Numbered from the stretch's first letter, positions 1 to 10,871 are shown. The stretch is 52,266 nucleotides of DNA from a candidate division FCPU426 bacterium (GCA_963830915.1 CAWHOE010000058.1:1-52266), one strand, 5' to 3'. The notes: a model not told the origin generated them from the sequence alone. Numbers and translations are program-made.

Positions 1-1
1 C

Positions 2-361
2 AAGTCCGTGATCGAGCTTATTTCCAAGGAAATGCGCATCCCGATTTCCCGTGTCTACGGGGTCGTCACTTTTTACCATTTCTTCTCACTGAAGCCCATG
101 GGGGAACATAGCTGTGTGGTTTGCATGGGAACGGCCTGTTATGTCAAGGGCGCGAACCTGTTGATCGAGCAAATGGAAAAAGGGTTCAATATCAAACCAG
201 GGCAGGTCACCAAGGATAACAAGCTCGGCCTCCAAGCCGCCCGCTGCATCGGGTCTTGCGGGTTGGCTCCCGCGGTGGTCTTTGACGGCGAAGTATTGGC
301 CCGGGTGAAACCGGAAGAACTTGTCCCCAAGATCAATGAAAAGTTGGGGGTAACCGCATGA
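2..361 (+). CDS. hoxE: Bidirectional hydrogenase diaphorase subunit HoxE (NuoE-like, [2Fe-2S]); 5' end lies before the window
   Basis: VYGVVTFYHFF, CMGTACYVKG and RCIGSCGLAP motifs; frame is open to the window start; ATGA overlap with hoxF. Confidence 0.9.
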   Translation, partial: KSVIELISKEMRIPISRVYGVVTFYHFFSLKPMGEHSCVVCMGTACYVKGANLLIEQMEKGFNIKPGQVTKDNKLGLQAARCIGSCGLAPAVVFDGEVLARVKPEELVPKINEKLGVTA

Positions 362-2046
362 AAAATCACGCCCTTTATAACCTTCGGGAGAAGCTGGTGT
401 CGGAAAGAGCCCTGCACGCCAAAAAAGTCTGTGTTTGCATGGGCGGGAGTTGCATGGCTTCCGGATCCCAGAAGGTGCTGGATAAATTGAAGGAAGAAGT
501 GAAGCATTCCAACATTGGTTCAGGCGTGGAGATCAAGTCGGTAGGTTGCATGGGCGCCTGCGCCAAAGGGCCTCTGGTCAAGATGGAGGCGGACGATGTC
601 ATCTATCAAAAGGTCAATCCGGACAACTTAAAGCCTATCCTGACCGACCATTTGAAGGGGCACAAACCCGTTCCCCATATGGTGCTTTTCGCGGATAACG
701 ATTCCCAACCGACCATCAAATCCAGCGAGCATCCCTTTTTCAAGAATCAGCGCATGATCGTGCTGGAAAACTTCAGCCGATTGGACCCAACCAGCATCGA
801 GGATTACATCACCGCGGGGGGATATAAAGCCCTTCAAAAAGCGCTGACCCAAATGACCCCTGAAGAGGTCATTGGAGAGGTCAAGCAAAGTGGTATCCGG
901 GGACGTGGTGGCGCCGGGTTCCCCACGGGCAACAAATGGGAAATGTCCTATAAATATGTGGGAGAGAATAAATACATCGTTTGTAATGGCGACGAGGGAG
1001 ACCCGGGCGCTTTTATGGACCGGTCCATTCTGGAATGCGATCCCCATCGAATACTGGAGGGCATGATCCTGGGAGGCTATGCCACGGGCGCCACCAAAGG
1101 CTTCGCTTATATCCGCGGGGAATATCCCTTGGCCATCCAAAGGTTCACGACCGCCATTCAAAGGGCCAAAAAGCTAGGATTATTGGGGAAGAATATATTA
1201 GAGACGAATTTTTCCTTTGATGTGGAGATCCGCATCGGGGCCGGGGCCTTTGTTTGTGGCGAGGAAACGGCTCTATTGGCTTCCATCGAGGGAAAAAGAG
1301 GAACGCCCCATGTCCGCCCGCCCTATCCGGCGGAAAAGGGCTTATGGGACATGCCAACCATCATCAACAATGTCGAAACCTACGCCAATATCCCGCCCAT
1401 CGTGGAAAAAGGCGGGGAATGGTACGCCGGTATCGGGACTCCCAAAAGCACCGGGACCAAGGTCTTCGCCCTTTCCGGATGCATCCAGAACACGGGTTTG
1501 GTGGAAGTCCCCATTGGAACAACCCTTCGACAGGTCATTTTTGACATCGGCGGAGGCATCCCCGGCGGGAAGAAGTTCAAGGCCGCCCAAACAGGCGGAC
1601 CTTCCGGCGGTTGTATCCCCGAACAGCACCTGGATACTCCGTTGGATTATGAGGCCCTCAACAAACTCGGTTCCATCATGGGCTCGGGCGGGTTGATCGT
1701 CATGGATGAGACATCCTGCATGGTGGACGTGGCCAGGTTCTTCATGGATTTCTGTATGGACGAATCCTGCGGAAAGTGCGTCCCTTGCCGGGTCGGAACC
1801 AAACACATGTTCGAGCTATTGAACAAGATCTGTAAGGGAAACGCCACGGAGATGGACCTGGAGCTCTTGGAATCCCTGGCCCCCATGGTGAAAGAGACCA
1901 GCCTTTGCGGATTGGGACAAAGCGCGCCCAACCCGCTTCTTTCCACCCTTCGCTACTTCCGGGACGAATATCTGGCCCACGTCAGGGAAAAATGCTGTCC
2001 GGCGGGGGTTTGTAACATGAACCCCGTTCTCGCGGAGGTGCGCTAA
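358..2046 (+). CDS. hoxF: HoxF diaphorase large subunit (NuoF-like FMN/NAD-binding, N-terminal thioredoxin-like 2Fe-2S domain)
   Basis: GIRGRGGAGFPTG, CNGDEGDPGAFMDR, GAGAFVCGEETAL, ESCGKCVPCRVG; position in hox operon. Confidence 0.95.
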   Translation: MKNHALYNLREKLVSERALHAKKVCVCMGGSCMASGSQKVLDKLKEEVKHSNIGSGVEIKSVGCMGACAKGPLVKMEADDVIYQKVNPDNLKPILTDHLKGHKPVPHMVLFADNDSQPTIKSSEHPFFKNQRMIVLENFSRLDPTSIEDYITAGGYKALQKALTQMTPEEVIGEVKQSGIRGRGGAGFPTGNKWEMSYKYVGENKYIVCNGDEGDPGAFMDRSILECDPHRILEGMILGGYATGATKGFAYIRGEYPLAIQRFTTAIQRAKKLGLLGKNILETNFSFDVEIRIGAGAFVCGEETALLASIEGKRGTPHVRPPYPAEKGLWDMPTIINNVETYANIPPIVEKGGEWYAGIGTPKSTGTKVFALSGCIQNTGLVEVPIGTTLRQVIFDIGGGIPGGKKFKAAQTGGPSGGCIPEQHLDTPLDYEALNKLGSIMGSGGLIVMDETSCMVDVARFFMDFCMDESCGKCVPCRVGTKHMFELLNKICKGNATEMDLELLESLAPMVKETSLCGLGQSAPNPLLSTLRYFRDEYLAHVREKCCPAGVCNMNPVLAEVR

Positions 2047-2753
2047 TGGCCGAGCCATTCACGCTTAACATCGACGGCCGGGATGTGCAGGCATTGCCAG
2101 GCCAAACCCTTTTGGAAGTCTGCCGCCAGAACGACATCTATATCCCGACCCTATGCCACTTCGACGGTTTATCCGATGTCGGAGCCTGCCGGTTGTGTCT
2201 GGTGGAAGTGGAAGGGGTGAACAAGCTCCTGCCCACTTGCGTCACCCAGGTCCATCCCAACCAAAAGGTCCATACCAACACTGAGAAATTGGTCAAATAC
2301 CGCAGGATGATCGTGGAGCTGTTCTTTTCCGAGCGAAATCATATCTGCGCCGTATGCGTGGCGAACAACAATTGTGAACTCCAGGACCTGGCCAAGGCGG
2401 TGGGCATGGAGCACGTCCGTTTCCCCTATCTAAGGCCGGAAATGGAGATCGACGCGACCCATCCCAAGTACGTCATCGATCATAACCGTTGTGTCATGTG
2501 TACTCGATGCGTCAGGGTTTGCGACGAGGTGGAAGGCGCTCATGTCTGGGATGTCATGGGCCGGGGTTTCGATTCCCGTATCGTGTCGGGGTTCCATGAC
2601 CCCTGGAAGACCTCCGATTCCTGTACCTGGTGCGGCAAGTGCAGTATGGTCTGCCCGGTGGGCGCCATCTGGCCCAAGGAAGCGGTCCAAGGCAATCTCC
2701 TGAGATTCCCCACCCTGGTCTCGGAACTGGTCGAGAAAAGGAAGGAAAAATGA
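2046..2753 (+). CDS. hoxU: HoxU diaphorase Fe-S subunit (NuoG N-terminal-like)
   Basis: IPTLC...GACRLCLVE, HICAVC...C, CVMCTRCVRVC, CTWCGKCSMVCP; TAATG overlap with hoxF. Confidence 0.93.
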   Translation: MAEPFTLNIDGRDVQALPGQTLLEVCRQNDIYIPTLCHFDGLSDVGACRLCLVEVEGVNKLLPTCVTQVHPNQKVHTNTEKLVKYRRMIVELFFSERNHICAVCVANNNCELQDLAKAVGMEHVRFPYLRPEMEIDATHPKYVIDHNRCVMCTRCVRVCDEVEGAHVWDVMGRGFDSRIVSGFHDPWKTSDSCTWCGKCSMVCPVGAIWPKEAVQGNLLRFPTLVSELVEKRKEK

Positions 2754-3295
2754 GCAAGAAAAAGATTGGAACGGTTTGGCTAGGCGGATGTTCGGGCTGT
2801 CATATGAGCCTTCTGGACATCGATGAGCGCCTGTTGGAAGTGGTGAAGCTGGCCGATATCGTGAAATCCCCCATCGTGGACGGAAAGGAATTCCCCCCGG
2901 TCGACATCGCCTTGGTGGAAGGAGCCGTCTCCAGCGAGGAACATTTAGAGGAGATCAAGCACATCCGGGCCAACAGTAAGATACTGGTGGCTTTTGGGGA
3001 CTGTGCCGTGACCTCGAATGTGACATCCCTCAGGAATGTTGTTGGAACGGAAGCGGCTTTGAAACGGGCCTATGTGGAAGCGGAAAGCAACGTTCCAGGA
3101 AAACTTCCCCCGGGCGATGGATTGGGCGTCTCGCCCCTTTTGCAACAGGTCATGCCGTTGCACCAGGTCGTGAAGGTGGATTACTACCTTCCCGGCTGTC
3201 CGCCGGACGCCGACCTTATCTTTGACGTCTTATTCGCGCTCTTGAACGACCGAGTTCCCGAGCTTCCCAACGAAAGGAAAGCCGCATATGGCTGA
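2750..3295 (+). CDS. hoxY: HoxY [NiFe]-hydrogenase small subunit
   Basis: WLGGCSGCHMS, VAFGDCAV, YLPGCPP; true start ATG 2750 overlaps the hoxU stop (ATGA). Confidence 0.93.
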   Translation: MSKKKIGTVWLGGCSGCHMSLLDIDERLLEVVKLADIVKSPIVDGKEFPPVDIALVEGAVSSEEHLEEIKHIRANSKILVAFGDCAVTSNVTSLRNVVGTEAALKRAYVEAESNVPGKLPPGDGLGVSPLLQQVMPLHQVVKVDYYLPGCPPDADLIFDVLFALLNDRVPELPNERKAAYG

Positions 3296-4721
3296 GAAAA
3301 AAACCATCAAGATCAACCCCGTGACCCGGATCGAGGGCCACGCCAAGATAACCCTCTTCCTGAATGACGGAGGCGATGTCGCCGACGCCCAGTTCCATGT
3401 GGACGAGTTCAGAGGCTTCGAAAAATTCTGCGAGGGCCGGGTTTATACCGAAATGCCGGTCATCACACCCCGTATCTGCGGAATCTGTCCTGTGTCCCAT
3501 TCCATCGCCAGCGCGAAGGCCTGTGACGCCATTCAACGGGTCACCATCACCGATACGGCGGACAAACTGCGCCGATTGATGCAATTAGGCCAGCACCTAT
3601 CCTCACACGCCTTATCCTTCTTTTACCTGTCCGCTCCTGATTTTCTATTGGGGTGGGATTCGGATCCCTCGATGCGTAATGTCGTGGGAGTGGCCGAGAA
3701 ATTCCCCGATGTGGCCAAAAGGGGCATCCGTCTTCGGAAATTTGGGCAGGAGATATCCCAACACATCACCGGCAAGAAGATCCATGTGAACGGCGTTGTC
3801 GCCGGGGGGATGGGAAGCCCCTTAAGGGAAGAAAGCCGTGAAACCCTTCTTAAATGGATCCCCGAAGTCCTGGAAACCTCCCAGATCGGGTTGGATATCC
3901 TGAAAAAGTACATGGATTCGCATAAAGAAGAGGTGGAGACCTACGCCCCTTCCGATACCCTGCATATGGGAACCGTCGATCCGACCGGGGCGCACGAGCT
4001 CTATGACGGCCGGTTACGCTGGGTGGGTCCGGACGGGAAGATCATTCAGGATATGGTGAATCCTAAGGATTATCTGACCTACATCTCTGAAATGCCGGTG
4101 GATTTCTCCTATCTGAAATATCCTTACTTCAAACCGATGGGTTATCCCGCCGGTGTTTACCGGGTAGGTCCATTGGCCCGCTTGAACGTCGCCTCCAAGA
4201 TGAAAACTCCCAAGGCCCAGAAAGAGTTCGAGAACTTCAAGAGCCTGGGAAGGGGCAGGGCGGTCAATGGGACTTTCTATTATCATTACGCTCGATTGAT
4301 CGAGACCTTGGCCTCCTGCGAGGAGATCGAGGGTTTGTTATCCGACCCGAAGATATTGTCGACCGACATCCATGTGCAGGCCAACCTTAACGCCCGCGAG
4401 GGAGTCGGGTGCGCCGAGGCTCCCCGGGGAACCTTGTTCCACCACTATAAAGTGGATGAGGCGGGACAATTGACCAAGGTCAATTTGCTCATCGCCACGG
4501 GCCAGAACAATCCCTCCATGAACCGGTCGGTCCTGGAAGTGGCCAAGCAATACGTGAAAGGGCCGGACGTCAAAGAAGGGGCCCTGAACAGGGTCGAGGC
4601 CGCCATCCGCTGCTATGACCCATGTCTTTCCTGTTCCACCCACGCTTTGGGGGCCATGCCGATGGTCCTTGAGATCAAGGACGCGCGGGGAGAAACGATC
4701 AGGACCATTAACCGGGATTAA
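3288..4721 (+). CDS. hoxH: HoxH [NiFe]-hydrogenase large subunit (group 3d)
   Basis: PVTRIEGH, L1 RICGICPVSH, EAPRGTLFHHY, L2 YDPCLSCSTH followed by a 25-aa cleavable C-terminal extension. Confidence 0.96.
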   Translation: MAEKKTIKINPVTRIEGHAKITLFLNDGGDVADAQFHVDEFRGFEKFCEGRVYTEMPVITPRICGICPVSHSIASAKACDAIQRVTITDTADKLRRLMQLGQHLSSHALSFFYLSAPDFLLGWDSDPSMRNVVGVAEKFPDVAKRGIRLRKFGQEISQHITGKKIHVNGVVAGGMGSPLREESRETLLKWIPEVLETSQIGLDILKKYMDSHKEEVETYAPSDTLHMGTVDPTGAHELYDGRLRWVGPDGKIIQDMVNPKDYLTYISEMPVDFSYLKYPYFKPMGYPAGVYRVGPLARLNVASKMKTPKAQKEFENFKSLGRGRAVNGTFYYHYARLIETLASCEEIEGLLSDPKILSTDIHVQANLNAREGVGCAEAPRGTLFHHYKVDEAGQLTKVNLLIATGQNNPSMNRSVLEVAKQYVKGPDVKEGALNRVEAAIRCYDPCLSCSTHALGAMPMVLEIKDARGETIRTINRD

Positions 4722-4742
4722 AAAACCCCGGAAATAAGAGCC

Positions 4743-4777
4743 AAAAGCATATCATCCGCGGGATGGTATGCTTTTTT
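4743..4777 (+). terminator. Intrinsic terminator-like hairpin between hoxH and hoxW
   Basis: AAAAGCATATCATCC-GCG-GGATGGTATGCTTTT stem followed by a T-run, about 20 nt after the hoxH stop. Confidence 0.7.
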
Positions 4778-4876
4778 GTTTTTAAGGGGGAAATGGTGTA
4801 CCGTCTGAAGGGTCCGATCGAGCCTGACAGTCGACAAAATGGATGTTCAGGTCTCATAACACTTTTCGAGGTTCGA

Positions 4877-5305
4877 ATGATATTGGTCCTGGGTTTTGGT
4901 AATCCCACCCGACGGGATGATGGGGCTGGCTGGGAAGTTATCCGCCGTCTGGAAGAAAGGAACATTCCCGGTTTGGAAACCCGAGCCTCCCAACAGTTGG
5001 GGCTGGAGATCCTTGAGGAATGGGATTCTTTCGAGCGCGTAATCTTGGTCGATGCCGCGCCAGGCCCGGGAGAAACCACATTGGAGAGGGTCGTGGCCCA
5101 AAGCCTCACCCCTTCCGCTTCCACCCACCATCTCAAGCCCGAAACCCTACTTCAGCTTTCCCAACAGCTTTACGGTCGCAGTCCCGAGCTTTACGTTTGT
5201 CGTATACCTGGCGAGGATTTCGATTTCGGGGAAGGGTTGTCTTTGACGGCGAAAACGAATGTCCAGGCAGCCCTCCGACATATCGAGGACTGGTTGATCA
5301 GTTAA
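4877..5305 (+). CDS. hoxW: Hydrogenase maturation endopeptidase (HoxW/HycI family)
   Basis: ILVLGFGNPTRRDDGAG, VILVDA, STHH; GAGG ribosome-binding site before ATG 4877; follows hoxH. Confidence 0.88.
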   Translation: MILVLGFGNPTRRDDGAGWEVIRRLEERNIPGLETRASQQLGLEILEEWDSFERVILVDAAPGPGETTLERVVAQSLTPSASTHHLKPETLLQLSQQLYGRSPELYVCRIPGEDFDFGEGLSLTAKTNVQAALRHIEDWLIS

Positions 5306-5360
5306 CAAGGAAGATCGATGAGAACAACAATTCATTCACTTCAATGGGATCCAATATTCT

Positions 5361-7688
5361 ATGAATAATGATCCAAACCATCCTGAAAGCTCCCAACCGT
5401 TGGGTCTTTTAAAGGTCCATATACGGGGTGTGGTCCAAGGGGTGGGGTTCCGGCCCTTTGTCTATCGTTTGGCCAAAGAACAAGGGTTGAAAGGGTATGT
5501 CCTGAACGGGAGCCAAGGAGTCGAGATCGAGGTCGAGGGAACAGAAGGCGAACTCATAGAATTCCTGAGAAGACTGGAGATCGAAAAGCCGCCATATTCA
5601 GCCATAGAGAACATCACATCCCAATCCTTGCCACCCAAGGGATATCCTGATTTTTCCATAAAAGAAAGCGATGAAATAGGGGAGAAAACTGTTCTGATCC
5701 CGTCCGATATGGCGATCTGTGACGATTGCCTGAGCGAGATCCTGGACGTGTCCAACCGACGTCACCGTTATCCCTTCACGAATTGCACCAACTGCGGCCC
5801 ACGGTTTTCCATCATCGAGAAGATCCCATACGACCGTCCCCACACCACCATGAAGAAATTTCCCATGTGTCCCGAATGTAAAAGGGAGTATGAGGACCCT
5901 ATTAACCGAAGGTTCCATGCCCAACCGAACGCATGTCCCGAGTGTGGTCCTCAACTTCAAGGCTGGAACCCGGATGGATCGTTATTGGCTGAAAAAGATG
6001 AAGCCTTGCGGAAAGCGGGGAAAGTGATCAGGTCGGGAAAGATAGTGGCTCTGAAAGGGTTAGGCGGGTTTCATCTTATTTGTGACGCCAGGAATGAGGG
6101 GGCGGTCAGCACCTTGCGGACTCGAAAACGCCGTGAAGCCAAACCGCTGGCCCTCATGTTCCCTACCCTAGAATCCGTTGGAAAATATTGTGCGATGAGC
6201 CCGATTGAAGTGAAACTTCTTCGATCCGCCGAGTCCCCCATTGTGTTGCTCAAGAAGAAGGAAGAAGCGGAAAGCGGCTTGGCCGCTTCTTTGGCCCCAG
6301 GCAATCCCCAATTGGGCGCCATGCTTCCTTATACCCCGATTCATGTCCTTCTCATGCGGGACCTGGATTTTCCGGTGGTAGCCACCAGCGGCAACTTATC
6401 CGATGAACCCATCTGTATCGACGAAAAGGAAGCCAAAGAGCGTTTGAAAGGTATCGCTGATTATTTCCTCGTCCATAACCGACCTATCGTGAGGCCCATG
6501 GATGATTCTGTGGCGCGGGTCCTGATGGATGAGGTCCAGGTCATCCGGAGAGCCAGGGGTTTTTCGCCTTTACCCATCTTTTTGGATTCGAACGGACCGA
6601 CATTATTGGCCATGGGTGGATTTTTGAAAAACACTGTCGCTTTGGCCAAAGGGAATCGAGTCTTTATCAGCCAGCATTTGGGGGACCTGGGGACCTTGCC
6701 GGCCATCGAGGCCTTTGAGAGATCGGTGACCGACCTGCCAAGCCTTTACGATGCCAAGCCTGAAGCGGTGGCTTGCGATCTTCATCCCGATTACGCTTCC
6801 ACACGGAAGGCCAAGGAGATGGGCATTCCCATGATCCCAGTCCAACATCATGTGGCCCATGTGGTTTCCTGCCTGGCCGAGAATCAATTGAAAGGCGATG
6901 TGTTTGGCGTCTCCTGGGATGGGACAGGGCTGGGTTTTGATAACACTATCTGGGGCGGAGAATTCTTCATCATCAGGGATGGGGAAGCGAACAGGGCCGG
7001 ACATATCCGCCATTTCCCCCTGATGGGCGGCGACCGGGCGATCAAAGAGCCCAGACGTTCGGCCTTGGGTCTTCTATACGAAGTCTTTGGTAAAGAAGCT
7101 TTTCAAATGATGGACCTGCCGACATTGAAGGCTTTTGAGAAAAGAGAGATAGCAACCCTTGAAGGGATGTTCCAATCCACCCTAGCCATCCAAACCTCAA
7201 GCGCCGGAAGACTCTTTGACGCCGTGGCTTCCCTGGCGGATGTTTGTCAGAAAAGCAGATTCGAAGGGGAAGCGGCCATGATGCTGGAGTTCAATAGGGG
7301 CGGCCTAGAATCGGCGGAATCCTACCCATTCCCATTACGCTCCCAAGGCGAGGGGTTTCTTTTGGATTGGGAACCGCTTATAAAGGAACTGCTAGCGGAC
7401 GTCCGCCGAGAAGTCCAAAAGGAAGTAATCTCTCAACGATTCCATAATGCCTTAGCGGAAGGGGTCATCCTGGCGGCCAAGAAGGCCGAGGTGGAACAAG
7501 TGGTCTTGTCGGGAGGTTGTTTCCAGAATCGATACTTGACTGAGAGAACGGTATTCCGATTAAGACAGGAGGGATTCAAACCCTACTGGCATAAGCAAGT
7601 CCCACCCAATGACGGCGGTTTATCCCTGGGTCAAGCCGTTTGGGCGCGCGAGATACTTAAAAAGAGGTTAAAATCAAGGCAACCTTGA
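5361..7688 (+). CDS. hypF: Carbamoyltransferase HypF
   Basis: Acylphosphatase GVVQGVGFRPF, zinc fingers CDDC/CTNCGPR/CPEC/CPECGP, KGLGGFHL, QHHVAH, TSSAGRLFD, PPNDGGLSLGQ. Confidence 0.97.
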   Translation: MNNDPNHPESSQPLGLLKVHIRGVVQGVGFRPFVYRLAKEQGLKGYVLNGSQGVEIEVEGTEGELIEFLRRLEIEKPPYSAIENITSQSLPPKGYPDFSIKESDEIGEKTVLIPSDMAICDDCLSEILDVSNRRHRYPFTNCTNCGPRFSIIEKIPYDRPHTTMKKFPMCPECKREYEDPINRRFHAQPNACPECGPQLQGWNPDGSLLAEKDEALRKAGKVIRSGKIVALKGLGGFHLICDARNEGAVSTLRTRKRREAKPLALMFPTLESVGKYCAMSPIEVKLLRSAESPIVLLKKKEEAESGLAASLAPGNPQLGAMLPYTPIHVLLMRDLDFPVVATSGNLSDEPICIDEKEAKERLKGIADYFLVHNRPIVRPMDDSVARVLMDEVQVIRRARGFSPLPIFLDSNGPTLLAMGGFLKNTVALAKGNRVFISQHLGDLGTLPAIEAFERSVTDLPSLYDAKPEAVACDLHPDYASTRKAKEMGIPMIPVQHHVAHVVSCLAENQLKGDVFGVSWDGTGLGFDNTIWGGEFFIIRDGEANRAGHIRHFPLMGGDRAIKEPRRSALGLLYEVFGKEAFQMMDLPTLKAFEKREIATLEGMFQSTLAIQTSSAGRLFDAVASLADVCQKSRFEGEAAMMLEFNRGGLESAESYPFPLRSQGEGFLLDWEPLIKELLADVRREVQKEVISQRFHNALAEGVILAAKKAEVEQVVLSGGCFQNRYLTERTVFRLRQEGFKPYWHKQVPPNDGGLSLGQAVWAREILKKRLKSRQP

Positions 7689-7740
7689 TTAACCTTATTG
7701 AACGTGCCGTTTAGAGCGAGCGAAACACGAAGGAGTCTTT

Positions 7741-7975
7741 ATGTGCCTGGCCGTGCCTGGAAAGATCGTCAGCATCAGCGGAGAGGATCCCGCTCTTTCG
7801 CGTTGGAAAAATAGATTTCGGCGGGGTCATCAGGGAAGCGTCATTGTCCTTTCTACCCCAGGCCAAGGTGGGGGATTATGTCATTGTCCACGTGGGGATG
7901 GCCATCAGTCTGTTGGATGAAAAGGAAGCGTTGCTTACCCTGAAGGATCTGGCGGAGATCGAGGGACTGGGATGA
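7741..7975 (+). CDS. hypC: HypC chaperone, split by one extra base near 7789-7798 (probable sequencing error); absent from the ORF track
   Basis: AAGGAG site then [12 protein letters not shown]; after shifting one base the frame reads [44 protein letters not shown] to TGA 7973-7975, overlapping the hypD ATG. Confidence 0.92.
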
Positions 7976-9081
7976 AGTACGTTGAGGAATACCGCGACGG
8001 CAAAGCTTGCCTTGAGACCGCTGAAGCCATCCGAAAGATGACCACCAAGCCCTGGGTCATCATGGAGATCTGCGGGGGGCAGACCCATTCCATCGCCAAG
8101 TACGGTATTGAGGACCTGCTTCCCAAGCAAGTTTCCCTGGTCCATGGGCCGGGGTGTCCTGTATGCGTGACCCCGGTAGAGATCATCGACAAAGCGGTCG
8201 CGATCGCGGCCATGCCGGATGTTATATTCTGCTCTTTCGGGGACATGATGCGAGTTCCCGGAACCCAAAAAGACCTTCTTTCCGTGAAAGCGGAGGGGGG
8301 GCAAGTACGTCTGGTTTATTCCCCATTGGACGCGGTGAAGATCGCCCGGCAAAATCCCGCCAAGCAAGTGGTTTTCTTCGCCGTGGGGTTCGAGACCACC
8401 GCCCCGGCCAACGCCATGGCGGTCGTTCAGGCCAAAGCGCTGGGGCTCACCAATTTCTCGATTCTGGTCTCCCATGTTTTGGTGCCGCCCGCCATGGAAG
8501 CCATCCTTTCCTCCCCCCAAAATCGGGTCCAGGGTTTTTTAGCGGCGGGACATGTTTGTACCATCATGGGCTATGAGGAATATTTCCCATTGGCGGAAAA
8601 ATACAAGATCCCCATCGTGGTCACAGGTTTTGAGCCGTTGGACATTTTGCACGGCATTTACCTCTGCGTGAAACAACTGGAAGAAGGTCTCCATTCGGTC
8701 GAAAACCAATACGCTCGAGCCGTGCTTAAACAAGGGAATATAGAAGCATTGAAGGTTATCCGAGAGGTGTTCACGGTGGTCCCCCGCAAGTGGAGGGGAA
8801 TCGGGGAGATCCCCAAGAGTGGATGGGCTTTGAACAAGGATTATTCCAGTTTCGACGCCGAACGGAGATTCCAAGTGGCCCATATCAAGGCGGAAGAAAG
8901 CACCGAATGTATCGCGGGGCAGATCCTTTTGGGGTTAAAGAAACCCATGGATTGTCCAGCCTTTGGGGCCAAATGCACACCCGAACACCCATTGGGAGCG
9001 CCCATGGTTTCCACAGAAGGCGCCTGTTCGGCCTATTATCGATACCGCCGAGCTGAATCAACGGTCACGATGGAAAAATGA
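7972..9081 (+). CDS. hypD: Hydrogenase maturation protein HypD
   Basis: [32 protein letters not shown]-terminal [23 protein letters not shown]. Confidence 0.97.
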   Translation: MKYVEEYRDGKACLETAEAIRKMTTKPWVIMEICGGQTHSIAKYGIEDLLPKQVSLVHGPGCPVCVTPVEIIDKAVAIAAMPDVIFCSFGDMMRVPGTQKDLLSVKAEGGQVRLVYSPLDAVKIARQNPAKQVVFFAVGFETTAPANAMAVVQAKALGLTNFSILVSHVLVPPAMEAILSSPQNRVQGFLAAGHVCTIMGYEEYFPLAEKYKIPIVVTGFEPLDILHGIYLCVKQLEEGLHSVENQYARAVLKQGNIEALKVIREVFTVVPRKWRGIGEIPKSGWALNKDYSSFDAERRFQVAHIKAEESTECIAGQILLGLKKPMDCPAFGAKCTPEHPLGAPMVSTEGACSAYYRYRRAESTVTMEK

Positions 9082-9127
9082 ACGGAAGTTCGATCGATGT
9101 TCCGATGAAAATGATCCGGAGAAACGC

Positions 9128-10180
9128 ATGACGAAAAATGAATTCATCATGGATTGTCCCTTGCCCTTCAATGACTACGACCGGGTGTTGCTGGCCCATG
9201 GCGGCGGCGGGACATTGACCCAGCAATTAATCGAGAGAATATTCCTGCCAGCGTTCGGCAACAATCCACTCCTGAAACGCCATGACGCCTCAGTGGTGGA
9301 TTTCCCGTCCGGCTCCCTGGCCATGACCACCGATTCCTATGTCGTTAAGCCATTGTTTTTTCCCGGTGGGGATATCGGAAAGCTGGCAGTGACTGGGACG
9401 GTGAACGATCTAGCGATGGCGGGAGCTAAACCCCTTTACTTGAGCGCCGGGTTCATTCTAGAGGAGGGGTTGCCTCTGGAGAGCCTTTGGAAGATCGCCC
9501 AGTCCATGCGTCAAACAGCAGACCAGGCCGGGGTTTCCATCATTACCGGCGACACCAAGGTCGTGGATAAAGGCAAAGGGGACGGTGTTTTCATCAACAC
9601 GGCGGGAGTGGGGGTCGTCAAAGCAGGGATGGATCTTTCCCCCGCTAGCGTTAAGGCAGGCGACGCGGTGCTATTGAGCGGGGATGTAGGTCGACATGGG
9701 ATCGCTATTATGGCGGCCCGGGAAGATCTGGAATTCGAGACCAAGTTGGAAAGCGATTGCGCCCTACTCCATGAGCCTATCTTGACGTTATTGAGCCAAG
9801 GGATCGAGGTCCATTGCTTACGGGACCTGACCCGTGGAGGGTTGGCCTCGGCCTTGAATGAGATCAGCCAGGTAGCTGGGCATCCCATACTTATTTCCGA
9901 GGACCAGATCCCAGTCAGGGAGGAAGTGAACGCGGCCTGCGAGATATTAGGTTTGGATCCTTTCTATGTGGCTAACGAAGGCAGGTTCGTGGTAATCCTT
10001 CCGGAAAAAGAAGTCGAAAAAGCCCTCTTGATCCTTAAAAAGTTCGAGGTCAGCGGCGCGGCGCGGAAGATAGGGCAGGTATTAGCGGATCCCGGAAAAT
10101 CAGTAAGGCTCAATAGTCTGACGGGTGCCACACGAATCATAGACCTCTTGAGCGGTGAACAACTTCCTCGTATCTGTTAA
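9128..10180 (+). CDS. hypE: Carbamoyl dehydratase HypE
   Basis: [43 protein letters not shown]-terminal PRIC; GGAG before ATG 9128. Confidence 0.96.
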   Translation: MTKNEFIMDCPLPFNDYDRVLLAHGGGGTLTQQLIERIFLPAFGNNPLLKRHDASVVDFPSGSLAMTTDSYVVKPLFFPGGDIGKLAVTGTVNDLAMAGAKPLYLSAGFILEEGLPLESLWKIAQSMRQTADQAGVSIITGDTKVVDKGKGDGVFINTAGVGVVKAGMDLSPASVKAGDAVLLSGDVGRHGIAIMAAREDLEFETKLESDCALLHEPILTLLSQGIEVHCLRDLTRGGLASALNEISQVAGHPILISEDQIPVREEVNAACEILGLDPFYVANEGRFVVILPEKEVEKALLILKKFEVSGAARKIGQVLADPGKSVRLNSLTGATRIIDLLSGEQLPRIC

Positions 10181-10367
10181 GTCTGGGTAATGGGGGTTGA
10201 TGGTTAAAGCAATTTCTAAAAAGTTTATCCCACAAGATATAGGGGTTTTGAATCGTTATTCCGAAGGAATGGCCGCTAAACAGCGGAAAAACCCTTGATT
10301 CAAGCAATTATTAAGAGCAAAATAATAGTCAAACGTCCTGGAAACACATTCAGCAAGGAGTAGAAAG

Positions 10368-10778
10368 ATGAAAGGCTCGAAATTTTTATTAACTCTCATA
10401 GTCGCCGGACTTTTGGTCATTGGCTGCAGCCAGAAGAGAATTGAAAGCACCGAAACCCCCAAAGCGCCGGAAAAACCTGTCGTTGAGAAACCAGTCGCTG
10501 TTCCAGCTGGCCAATACACGGTCGTTGCCCACGATACTCTCTGGGGGATCGCAGGGAAAAGCGATATTTATAGCGATAATTTCGAATGGCCCCTGATCTT
10601 CAAGGCTAACCGGGACATTATCAAGGACCCGGATTTGATCTATCCCAAGCAAGATTTTAAGATCAATAAAGGTGTCAGCTCTGAGGATATGAAGAACGCC
10701 AAGGATTTGGCCATGAAGACGCCAAAGTATGTTCCTCATACCCAGCCTCGGACGACCTTGCCGATCGATTATTTCTGA
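10368..10778 (+). CDS. LysM-domain lipoprotein
   Basis: Lipobox-like LLVIGC after a hydrophobic stretch; LysM YTVVAHDTLWGIA...WPLIFKANRDIIKDPDLIYPKQ; AAGGAG site. Confidence 0.85.
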   Translation: MKGSKFLLTLIVAGLLVIGCSQKRIESTETPKAPEKPVVEKPVAVPAGQYTVVAHDTLWGIAGKSDIYSDNFEWPLIFKANRDIIKDPDLIYPKQDFKINKGVSSEDMKNAKDLAMKTPKYVPHTQPRTTLPIDYF

Positions 10779-10793
10779 TCATTGCGTCAAATC

Positions 10794-10826
10794 AAGCCCG
10801 TCCCTCTAGGGGGACGGGCTTTTTTT
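10794..10826 (+). terminator. Intrinsic terminator after the LysM gene
   Basis: AAGCCCGTCCC / GGGACGGGCTT GC-rich stem followed by a T-run. Confidence 0.85.
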
Positions 10827-10871
10827 GTTTAGGGAAGTCCTATATTTAAATGAACAATAGAGGGATAGCTG

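Noticed and set aside
358..2753. nuoF/nuoG of respiratory complex I or an [FeFe]-hydrogenase subunit set
   Set aside because: Directly followed by [NiFe] small and large subunits; no membrane Nuo subunits and no H-cluster motifs
9066..9145. Three imperfect ATG..AAAA(A)TGA repeats at the hypD-hypE junction
   Set aside because: Short, degenerate and overlapping stop and start codons; no regular spacer structure, so probably chance
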